This document shows positions 56,505 to 64,000 of a DNA stretch of 64,000 nt, piece by piece. The notes under the pieces were generated by a model. The model ran no database searches, had not been told where the DNA came from, and worked only from the letters and a program-made list of their open reading frames with translations. The DNA is from an uncultured Verrucomicrobiota bacterium (GTDB taxonomy: Bacteria > Verrucomicrobiota > Verrucomicrobiia > Opitutales > Intestinicryptomonadaceae). The DNA lies in contig CASEFZ010000058.1 of assembly GCA_949287395.1 (NCBI GenBank), forward strand, positions 510-64,509, in the 5' to 3' direction. The position numbers and the translations under genes are program-made. The stretch's first letter is position 1, and every line of letters starts with the position of its first letter.

Positions 56505-57572
56505 TTAGCAGACCAAATCTTTAAAGTCTGAAAAATCCGCCGTAAAGCCGCCCGGGCGGCCTTTGCATATCACCCCCACTGCGTCGTGCGAATGCAGGCT
56601 TTCAAGGTGTATGCAAGCTATCTCAAAATCTTTTATTGCCGGATTTGAATTAAAGGCGGCGTACAGTTCTCTGGTGGCGTCCTCTATAAATTTGGCGTAG
56701 GCGCCGTTTAATTCGGCAAAGGCCTGTTCGTCCTCGCGTTTGACCATTGTCTGCGTCTCTGTTTTGAGGGCGTCGAGGCACATCTGGTGTATGTCCTCTA
56801 TGGATATGTTGGCACCGTCCTCAAGCTCTACGCTCACGCGCGCCTTGCTGCGCTGGGAATGCGGAACGCAATATACGTTGCGGGTGTTGCGGGCGTGCTC
56901 GCTAAGCTCAGCTGAGCACGGACAGGCAGAAGAATACACAAAGTCGAAACGCACAATTTTTCTGAATATGTCAAGGTCGTCTATAGTGCCTTCGTACACG
57001 CAGCGGTAATACTGCCACGCTTTATTTCCGCTGCGAAGGCTCGTCTGGATTATGGGATAATTGAAAGTCACCATAACCTTTGCCCTTGAAGTGTTTAGCT
57101 CCGCCTTCATCTTCAAAAGGACCTCCCTGAGCAGGTCGGGAGTGAATATTCTGTCTGCGAAAGAATAGAACACGCGCATTATGCGCGACATATTTATGCC
57201 CTTGCAATCGGCCGCCAAAGACACCGTAGATGTCACCGAGACCTCCAGCTCGCGGACATCGCAGGCCTTCGTCAAGAATTTAAGAGGCATTTTAAAGTTG
57301 TGCATGCCAACCTGCATTATCGGCACATTTGCGCCGCGAATCTCGGCCTTGTCGGCATTCTGGACGTCGGGCAGAGAGGATCTATACTCGCCGCTAACCT
57401 TAAAATCTTCCTGATAACGGTGCATGGGCGTCTCCTTGCCGGGGGCACCCTTCCCAAAATCAACCGCATTCTCTTTATTCTGACTCATCTCCAAAAATGA
57501 ACCCCACATCTTCCACTTACCCGGCCGCATAGCAAGCATATTCTGCTCTCCGGCAAATGGCCGCGTCGGCAA
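56505..57572 (-). CDS. folE2: GTP cyclohydrolase FolE2 (type IB)
   Basis: [35 protein letters not shown] and ESLHSHDA strings fit FolE2/MptA. The start is uncertain: TTG at 57572; in-frame ATGs at 57539, 57530, 57509, 57488 and 57425. Confidence 0.85.
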   Translation of the reverse strand: MPTRPFAGEQNMLAMRPGKWKMWGSFLEMSQNKENAVDFGKGAPGKETPMHRYQEDFKVSGEYRSSLPDVQNADKAEIRGANVPIMQVGMHNFKMPLKFLTKACDVRELEVSVTSTVSLAADCKGINMSRIMRVFYSFADRIFTPDLLREVLLKMKAELNTSRAKVMVTFNYPIIQTSLRSGNKAWQYYRCVYEGTIDDLDIFRKIVRFDFVYSSACPCSAELSEHARNTRNVYCVPHSQRSKARVSVELEDGANISIEDIHQMCLDALKTETQTMVKREDEQAFAELNGAYAKFIEDATRELYAAFNSNPAIKDFEIACIHLESLHSHDAVGVICKGRPGGFTADFSDFKDLVC

Positions 57573-57581
57573 GAGGCGCCG

Positions 57582-58361
57582 TCAGCGCTCCGGCGAGCCG
57601 CCTCCGCCCAAATAGTCGAGAGCCCCAGACATTTTCAGCACAACCCTGTATATCGTAAAGACGCTTATTAAGCCCATTAAGAACGGCTGCAGCGGAATGC
57701 CAGTAAGAACAAATAGCGCCAAGTCCACAAACACCGCAGGCGTAAGCGACAAAACCGCAAGCTTAAAGCAGCGCACCCACCCGAGACCGGGCATTCTTGT
57801 CTGCGCCAATATGAATACCGCCAAAGACAACAGCAGCGCGTAAATTAAAACCGATGTAAGCGCCACCGCAAAGCTTGCCGCTGGAAGCGCGCGCTTGGCC
57901 ATCGCGGCGTAATAAAGCAACAACTCTGAAGCGTTAAAATCCTTTCTGTCGGGAGAGAGAGTTTTCAACAGCAGCGTATGTTCGTTTCCGTCGGCATACA
58001 AAGTCAGCCTGTCGCCCTCAAGCGAAAACAAAAGGCCTTTTGTCTTGGTGGCATCGACGAAATTTTGCGTCACCACCCCATAGACAACCCCGGAAGCATT
58101 TTTAAATTCGATATCGCCACCTCCGGGAGTGCGCACCCTCCAGTCGACAATTTCCACACCGGCAAGTTTGCGCTCTATTTCGGGGATATCCCGCTTCATA
58201 ACGGCCGACACCATTCTGTCGGCCGACAAATACGGCACAACGGAAGCGGCCAAAGACAACACAAAAAAATATGCCGCCATTCTCCACTTCCAAAAATACA
58301 CCGCAAAAGCATACGCCTTAACGCTCCAAAAGGATTTATAAAACATTCCAAGAACGCTCAT
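57582..58361 (-). CDS. Polytopic membrane protein, DUF1189-like (tentative)
   Basis: The N-terminus ...MFYKSFWSVKAYAFAV... and its TM pattern recall DUF1189. The ATG at 58361 overlaps the stop of the upstream RluA-family gene (ATGA). Confidence 0.6.
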   Translation of the reverse strand: MSVLGMFYKSFWSVKAYAFAVYFWKWRMAAYFFVLSLAASVVPYLSADRMVSAVMKRDIPEIERKLAGVEIVDWRVRTPGGGDIEFKNASGVVYGVVTQNFVDATKTKGLLFSLEGDRLTLYADGNEHTLLLKTLSPDRKDFNASELLLYYAAMAKRALPAASFAVALTSVLIYALLLSLAVFILAQTRMPGLGWVRCFKLAVLSLTPAVFVDLALFVLTGIPLQPFLMGLISVFTIYRVVLKMSGALDYLGGGGSPER

Positions 58362-59122
58362 TTGCAAGCACCTCCCAATTTAAAATCGCAATCCAGCGCC
58401 CGGTTGAAAGAATCAGGCATGGGCGCCCTTGCTGAAAACGCAATTTTTTCGCCATTCACCGATATCTGAAGCGACGTTTCCGCGCAATGAAGGAAAAGCC
58501 TGTCCATTGCGCTTAAGGCGCGGAACCTTCTGTTGGCGCGAAAATCTCCGTAAGTTGCGTCTCCCAGAATTGGAATTTTGCGCTGGGCGCACTGGATGCG
58601 CAACTGGTGCGTAAGGCCCGTCTCCGGCATGAGCCTGACAAGCGAGAGCGGAATGGCCCTGCCACCCCGCCTCTCCACTCGGTAAAACGTAGACGCAATG
58701 CGCCCACCAAATTTGACAACCCTCCCGCGCACAAAATTTCCGCCGCCGCTTTCGGATATGCGGTCCACCCATTTTCCGCTTCCGCTTACCCTGCTGCCCA
58801 AGCACAAAGCATAATAGACCTTCTTAACCTTGTGGAGCTCGAAGGCGGCCTTTGCGGCCTCGGCGGCGTCAGGGGTAAACGAGGCCAAAACAACCCCGGA
58901 AGTTGGGGAGTCGAGACGGTTGACCAAATACAAATAAGAAGTGCCCCCTGCCCCGGGAGCGGCCCAACAATAGCGCTCATGGCGGAAGTCGTAATCGGCC
59001 GATAGCATTGCCGCACCCCCCTTGGCCTTGTTCGGATGCACGGCAACGCCCGGCCTTTTGTAAATAGCCAAAAGGCCGCACTTGTGCAGCGCCAGAATTT
59101 CGCAGCCCTCGCACAGCGGCAT
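58358..59122 (-). CDS. RluA-family pseudouridine synthase
   Basis: LLAIYKRPGVAVHP and YLVNRLDSPTSGVVL (catalytic Asp motif). The start is uncertain: ATG at 59122, 59179 or 59218. The track ORF extends to 59401, overlapping the upstream gene. Confidence 0.8.
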   Translation of the reverse strand: MPLCEGCEILALHKCGLLAIYKRPGVAVHPNKAKGGAAMLSADYDFRHERYCWAAPGAGGTSYLYLVNRLDSPTSGVVLASFTPDAAEAAKAAFELHKVKKVYYALCLGSRVSGSGKWVDRISESGGGNFVRGRVVKFGGRIASTFYRVERRGGRAIPLSLVRLMPETGLTHQLRIQCAQRKIPILGDATYGDFRANRRFRALSAMDRLFLHCAETSLQISVNGEKIAFSARAPMPDSFNRALDCDFKLGGACK

Positions 59123-59145
59123 GTGCGCACTGTGCGCGGCAGGCG

Positions 59146-60522
59146 TTATCTGTAATGGAATGTTATCCTCACCGGACATGCCTGGGTTCCCAAAGTAAGT
59201 ATCATCTCGCGCGTCCATTCCCCGTAGGGGGCGGTTGACAATATAGACTGTTCGCAAAGGCCCTTCCCCAAATGGGTGGAATTTGAGAACAATGTTTGTA
59301 TCGGACGCGAAAGCTCTCCGTTTACATTTAAATAAAATTCTATGACAACTTGTGTTCCAACCGCGCCGGATAAATCGTACTGGCTGCCAAGCAAATTCCA
59401 CTGGCGGGATATCGCCTCAAGCATGCGCTGCTGGTAGGCGCCAAATTCACTGAAGCGCGAGTCTACGGCAATGGTTCCCTGGTTTGAGGCGCGCGTCCTG
59501 TTATTGGCAAGCGGCCCCATTGGAATTTTCATGCTGAGCGTGGGGCGGGTCTTCGGCTGCGGAGTATCCTCTGCAACTTTGCTGGGTTCCGCCTCGGCTT
59601 CCGGCTTTTCCTCCTGCTGGCGCCCCGTTCCGGTTGAAGCCTGCGCGACATTTCCGCCGCCCGGCTCTTGCCCGCCGCGCGCGCCTCCGCTGAACGTTTT
59701 ATCCGCCCCGCCCGCCGATTCCCCGGCGCTGCGCGCCTCCGCTTCCGCCTTTCCGGGGCTCTGGCTGAAAGCGCCCGCATTGACGGAAAGCACATCCATT
59801 TCGGCATTGTCGGACAACGGCGCCGCGTCTTCCTTCTCTGCGGCGCGCTCCGCCCCGGAGGCAACCTTTGCGCCGGACGCGTCGCCCGGGCCCGAAGCCG
59901 CGTTTGAGGCGGTTTCGGGGCTTGCACCAGGCTTCGGGTTTAAGTCTGCATCCCCAGAATTTTTTTGCCCTTCGTTTTCGGGAACGCCGCCGGCCTGGCC
60001 TGGCGCGCCACCGCTTTCCGCAGGTTGGCTGCGCGCCATCTCCGCAGGATTGGCAGGCTGCACAAGGGGGCGCTCAAGAGTTTCTAAAACCTCGCTTGCA
60101 GCAGTGAGCGCATCCGCCTGCGAAGAAGTGCCCTGAACTATTTTTCTACCGTTTTCAATTTCGCCCTCAACATAGGGCATGTTGCTCTTGGAATCGGGGT
60201 CGGTGACCTCGTCGGCAACCCTCTGGTTCATAAACGATTCCGGGGCGTTTTGCGAAACGGGCTGCTCGCTGTTGGCATAGGGGTTGGCCTCGACAACGTC
60301 CGGTATGCGGCGGCTAAATTGCGGCTCTTGGACAACAATTTCAAGCTCGCTGTCCGCGTCTTTGGCAACCGCCGACGGAACATAGGGTATGCAAACAAAT
60401 ACAAGCGCGTGTATAGCCAACGTAAGAGCAAAGGCCAATAGCGCGGCAAGCATGTCCGGCTTGTTGGCATTCCAATAAAGCGCCGGGTTTACACCTTGTT
60501 GATTCGATTTGCCGCGCCCCAT
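59146..60522 (-). CDS. Membrane-anchored protein with long Ala/Gly/Glu/Pro-rich linker and TolA/TonB-like C-terminal domain (tentative)
   Basis: One N-terminal TM (MLAALLAFALTLAIHALVFVCIPY), a ~250-aa low-complexity linker, and a C-terminus (YQQRMLEAISRQW...VVIEFYLNVNGEL...) that resembles TolA/TonB C-domains. The start may be ATG 60522 or 60558. Confidence 0.55.
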   Translation of the reverse strand: MGRGKSNQQGVNPALYWNANKPDMLAALLAFALTLAIHALVFVCIPYVPSAVAKDADSELEIVVQEPQFSRRIPDVVEANPYANSEQPVSQNAPESFMNQRVADEVTDPDSKSNMPYVEGEIENGRKIVQGTSSQADALTAASEVLETLERPLVQPANPAEMARSQPAESGGAPGQAGGVPENEGQKNSGDADLNPKPGASPETASNAASGPGDASGAKVASGAERAAEKEDAAPLSDNAEMDVLSVNAGAFSQSPGKAEAEARSAGESAGGADKTFSGGARGGQEPGGGNVAQASTGTGRQQEEKPEAEAEPSKVAEDTPQPKTRPTLSMKIPMGPLANNRTRASNQGTIAVDSRFSEFGAYQQRMLEAISRQWNLLGSQYDLSGAVGTQVVIEFYLNVNGELSRPIQTLFSNSTHLGKGLCEQSILSTAPYGEWTREMILTLGTQACPVRITFHYR

Positions 60523-60526
60523 ATAT

Positions 60527-61156
60527 TTAACGCAGTTGGCCGCTTTTGCGCTCCGCATCAAATGCCTTCAACATGTCCATGACAAGCCCGCACGGCAGGC
60601 CCATAACGTTGTCGAGGCCGCCGTCTATGCGGCTTATTATAAAATCCCCAAACTCCTGCACGGCATAGGCGCCGGCTTTGTCGAGAACGTCCACTTTAGA
60701 AAGATAATAGTCTATATCCGCGGAAGTAAGATTCTTGAAAGTGACGGAGCTTTCCGCCGCATCAACAAGCCTGCGCAATGTGCGCCCGCACGCGTACCGG
60801 CCTATCTGCTCCACCAGCGCAACGCCGGTATATACAGTGTGTGTCCTGCCCGAAAGGAATGAAAGCATTGCGCGCGCCTCGGCAATGTCGGCGGGCTTGC
60901 CCAACACTCTGCCGGAACAGAAAACCACAGTGTCTGCGCCAAGCACTATTCTGCAAGGGAGGCTTTGCGCCACGTCTTCCGCCTTCAAGAGGGCGTTTTC
61001 CCTCACAAGCCTATCAGGGGAAAGATCGGCGCCGCTAATCTCGGACACCTTAGACGCCACAACTTCAAAATCCACACCGGCGCGGCAAAGCAGCTCGCGC
61101 CTGCGCGGAGAGGCCGAGGCCAATATTATTGTGTTGCCCTTCCCTGTTTTACCCAT
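60527..61156 (-). CDS. maf: Maf-family nucleoside triphosphate pyrophosphatase
   Basis: IILASASPRRRELL N-terminal signature and GAYAVQE near the C-terminus. Confidence 0.9.
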   Translation of the reverse strand: MGKTGKGNTIILASASPRRRELLCRAGVDFEVVASKVSEISGADLSPDRLVRENALLKAEDVAQSLPCRIVLGADTVVFCSGRVLGKPADIAEARAMLSFLSGRTHTVYTGVALVEQIGRYACGRTLRRLVDAAESSVTFKNLTSADIDYYLSKVDVLDKAGAYAVQEFGDFIISRIDGGLDNVMGLPCGLVMDMLKAFDAERKSGQLR

Positions 61157-61174
61157 AATATTTGCCCGCTAATA

Positions 61175-61975
61175 ATGAAAACGCGCGCGCAAAAGGCAAA
61201 AGAAAAAATATTGGATATACGCAATCTCTGTTTTGAGGCCGATTTCCCCGTTTTGTCAGACATAACATGGTCTATTAACCGCGGGGAAAGGTGGGTTTTG
61301 CTTGGGGCCAATGGCGCCGGAAAAACTTCCCTAATATCCACAATTTGCGCCTACAACACTCCGTCCTCCGGGGAAATGGCCGTGGATGGAAAGACCTACA
61401 CCAATTACGACTGGCAAAAAATAAGACAAAAAATAGCCCTTGTGGGCAGCCAAATAAAGCGTGCAATCGCGCCAAATGAAATTGTGGGCGACGTTGTCGT
61501 AAGCGGGAAATTCGCGGTTATAAACTATTGGGGAAAAATAACGAACGCTCTGCGCATAGAGGCCATGCGCAACATACGCGCGCTGGGCATAGCAAAAATA
61601 GCCGACAGCAAATGGGCGCACATATCCCAGGGGGAACGCCAAAAAGTTCTGCTGGCCCGCGCTCTGATGATAAGGCCGAAAATCGTCTTTCTCGACGAGC
61701 CTTGCGCCGGCCTTGATCCGGTGGCCAGAAAAAACTTTGTATCATTTCTAAACGGCCTATCGGACGACAAGTCAATACCCGCAATCGTCTTGGCAACGCA
61801 CTATTTAGAGGAAATTCCCCCGGCCTTTTCAAAAGCTATTGTTCTTGCGCACGGGCGCGTATTGGCTTCGGGAGATACAACAAAAATATTGAATTCCAGA
61901 GTTCTTTCGGAAGCCTATGGCGCGCCTTGCAAGGTGTCGAGAAGGAACGGCAAATACACGCTGTCGGTGGAATAA
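61175..61975 (+). CDS. Stand-alone ABC-type ATPase (ABC transporter ATP-binding protein)
   Basis: Walker A GANGAGKTS, signature-like ISQGERQ, Walker B IVFLDEP. The ATG at 61175 was chosen; the track ORF start at 60965 lies inside maf on the other strand. Confidence 0.85.
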   Translation: MKTRAQKAKEKILDIRNLCFEADFPVLSDITWSINRGERWVLLGANGAGKTSLISTICAYNTPSSGEMAVDGKTYTNYDWQKIRQKIALVGSQIKRAIAPNEIVGDVVVSGKFAVINYWGKITNALRIEAMRNIRALGIAKIADSKWAHISQGERQKVLLARALMIRPKIVFLDEPCAGLDPVARKNFVSFLNGLSDDKSIPAIVLATHYLEEIPPAFSKAIVLAHGRVLASGDTTKILNSRVLSEAYGAPCKVSRRNGKYTLSVE

Positions 61976-62072
61976 AAATTTCTCGAAAGCAAGAGGCTTT
62001 TCGTTGGGCCGCATGCGCAGCGCAATACCGGGTCGGGTTGGTGCGCGCATTTGCGATTGACAGGCGCGTGCT

Positions 62073-62131
62073 TTGCGCAAAAATTAGGGCGGATTTTGGG
62101 ACGCGGTTGCGCAAGGCGCGGTTTTGCGCAC
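62073..62131. promoter_or_regulatory. Three TTGCGCA(A/C) boxes upstream of rhaB (candidate operator array)
   Basis: TTGCGCAA at 62073 and 62107, and TTGCGCAC at 62124. The start-to-start spacing is 34 and 17 nt, about 200-250 nt upstream of the rhaB ATG. Confidence 0.3.
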
Positions 62132-62325
62132 AGGTGTTTCTTGGGCATTTCCAGCGCGCGGCGGCAAGCTGTCCAAAAACGGGCAATCCGCCATGAGTGG
62201 GATGTTTGCGCCGGAAATTCCGCTTTTGGGAAATTTCCGCGCAAAGGCGCCGCGCACTCAAGCGTCTTCAGAACGCAGTGGCACACCCGAAAGGCTTTTG
62301 AATTCAGCAACGCAAAAAACCCCCT

Positions 62326-63810
62326 ATGAAAAAAACTTTTTTAGCCGTTGACTTGGGAGCCGGCAGCGGCCGCATGATTGCGGTTGATTTTGACGGCCGA
62401 AAAATGGAGCTTGAAGAAATATCCCGGTGGCAAAACGCGCCCATTCGCTGCGGATCTTCGCTGCACTGGGACATGGAATCCATATTAAAGAACCTGAAAT
62501 GCGCACTTTCCAAGGCGGTGTCTTTAAGGGGAAAGAGCATAGTGTCGATGGGCATAGACACATGGGGGGTTGACTACGGATTGTTGGATGCCAATGCAAA
62601 GCTGATTTCCAATCCCTTTGCCTATAGGGACGAACGCACGCAGGGCGCCATGGAAAGAGTGTTTTCCAAAATTCCCAAGTCCGAAATCTACCGCCGAACG
62701 GGCATACAATTCATGCCCTTCAACACGATATTCCAGCTTGCCTGCGAGGGCGAATTAATACGCGCAAAAAACGGTGCAAAAACCTTTCTGATGATGCCAG
62801 ATTTGATTGCACACGCCCTCACAGGGCGCATCTCCAACGAGCGCACCAACGCCTCCACAACCCAGCTTTACGACCCCGTACACAAGGATTGGATTTGGGA
62901 TTTCCTCGGCGCACTTGACATAAATAGCGAACTTTTTTCGGCCGGATTTATAGACGCCGGAGACCCCATAGGCCCAATTTGCAAAGGGTCTTTCTCTGAT
63001 TTTAGCAGCATAAAGCTTGTCTGCGTAGCCAGCCACGACACCGCGTCTGCGGTTGTCGCCGTTCCCAGCACGCAAGAATGCCCCGCCTACATAAATAGCG
63101 GAACTTGGTCTTTGCCCGGGCTGGAGCTGCCTTCGCCTATAATTTCAGATGTTTCGTTCAGGGAAAATTTCACCAACGAGGTCGGCGCCGAAAACCGCGT
63201 GCGCTTCCTTAAAAACGTCACCGGAATGTGGCTTGTGCAAAAGTGTTTGCAGGCTTGGCAAAACCGGGGGCGCACAGTGGGCTACGACGAGTTAGAAAAC
63301 GGCGCGCGCGCATGCAAACCCTTCAATTTTATTTTCGACCCAGACTTGCCCGCATTTGCCAATCCGGAGAATATGCCCCTTGCCATATCGCAAAATTCGC
63401 TCTCAAGATGCGGCAGGGCGCCCGAGGGCGAATGTGAGACTTTCAGGGCCATACAGGAAAGCATTGCACTCAAATACGCATACGTGTTTGAAAAGCTCTC
63501 CGAGATATCCGGCAGGAAGATAGTCCGCATAAATATCATGGGAGGAGGCTCAAAGGCCAAAATGCTCAACCAGTTTACGGCCGACGCCACCGGCATGGAA
63601 GTTTCAGCCGGCCCTGTTGAGGCGACAGCCATAGGCAATGCCGTAATGCAGATGAAGGCTTCCGGAGACATATCCACTCTTGAGGAGGGACGCAGCATTG
63701 TGTCGTCAAGCTTTTCTCCGCAATTATTCCAGCCAAACGCGCATCATGCAGCACAATGGGCCGAAATGTCGGAATTATTCAGGCAAAAGTTTCTAAAAAA
63801 TTCCGCTTAA
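62326..63810 (+). CDS. rhaB: Rhamnulokinase (FGGY carbohydrate kinase family)
   Basis: The N-terminus FLAVDLGAGSGRMIAVDFDG...EISRWQN resembles RhaB (AVDLGASSGR...HRF.N) with an FGGY pattern throughout. Specificity within FGGY is inferred. Confidence 0.8.
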   Translation: MKKTFLAVDLGAGSGRMIAVDFDGRKMELEEISRWQNAPIRCGSSLHWDMESILKNLKCALSKAVSLRGKSIVSMGIDTWGVDYGLLDANAKLISNPFAYRDERTQGAMERVFSKIPKSEIYRRTGIQFMPFNTIFQLACEGELIRAKNGAKTFLMMPDLIAHALTGRISNERTNASTTQLYDPVHKDWIWDFLGALDINSELFSAGFIDAGDPIGPICKGSFSDFSSIKLVCVASHDTASAVVAVPSTQECPAYINSGTWSLPGLELPSPIISDVSFRENFTNEVGAENRVRFLKNVTGMWLVQKCLQAWQNRGRTVGYDELENGARACKPFNFIFDPDLPAFANPENMPLAISQNSLSRCGRAPEGECETFRAIQESIALKYAYVFEKLSEISGRKIVRINIMGGGSKAKMLNQFTADATGMEVSAGPVEATAIGNAVMQMKASGDISTLEEGRSIVSSSFSPQLFQPNAHHAAQWAEMSELFRQKFLKNSA

Positions 63811-64000
63811 ATTCCGCGTGAGTGCAAATTTTGCCCGCTTTGGGCGGCGCCGTGCAACGCGAGAGGGTTGCGTAGGGTGCGCGCGCTTTGCGGGAAAGTT
63901 GTCAAGCGCCACCGGCAAGGCAGAAGCGCCGCTTCTCAACTTTTTCAAAAATCCATATTTCCCGGCGCCCGCGCTTAACCGGCGAAATTTTCCAAATTAG

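Overview
This is a 64-kb bacterial chromosomal segment of moderate GC content. It is densely coding and mostly housekeeping. All calls rest on my own reading of the sequence, manual folding, and motif recognition in the supplied ORF translations. No homology search was run.

I call 44 CDS, including smc, alaS, leuB, proB, frr, pyrH, cysE, ptsI, pheS, pheT, tatC, priA, folE2, maf, dhaK, dhaL and rhaB. I also call 3 tRNAs: His-GTG, Gly-GCC, and an initiator-like Met-CAT. A set of intrinsic terminators and a few promoter-like sites are listed. I saw no rRNA, CRISPR array, transposase, integrase or phage genes.

The gene content suggests the PVC superphylum, but this is inference only. The supporting features are a pseudopilin-type N-terminus, a Tat-signal Gfo/Idh/MocA oxidoreductase, DUF1080 and DUF4886 proteins, and a giant exported protein with CxxCH motifs and an FGE-sulfatase domain.

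Items most worth a second look:
1. A gene-poor 2.1-kb stretch lies between leuB and tRNA-Gly. It holds two ~200-bp direct repeats. Each repeat carries a promoter-like region plus the N-terminal transmembrane half of a small ORF (64 and 59 aa). This resembles a type I toxin cassette. The repeats also contain a 14-15-nt string identical to the tatC translation start.
2. A putative dhaK-dhaL-aldolase operon continues into a 1390-aa exported multidomain protein (beta-sandwich, beta-propeller-like region, two CxxCH motifs, FGE-sulfatase domain) and then a lipoprotein.
3. TatC carries an enlarged loop and a ~220-aa acidic, Tyr/Asp/Pro-rich C-terminal tail. It is translationally coupled (ATGA) to an ABC substrate-binding lipoprotein and a fused permease, with no ATPase nearby.
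4. The initiator-like tRNA has only two of the three canonical G:C pairs in the anticodon stem, and a C73 discriminator.
5. An EIIA(Ntr)-like gene sits directly upstream of a ClC/CBS channel gene, behind a near-leaderless promoter.
6. The palindromic octamer TTGCGCAA recurs and is concentrated in intergenic DNA.

None of these is proven to be a novel system. Each needs database searches and transcript data.
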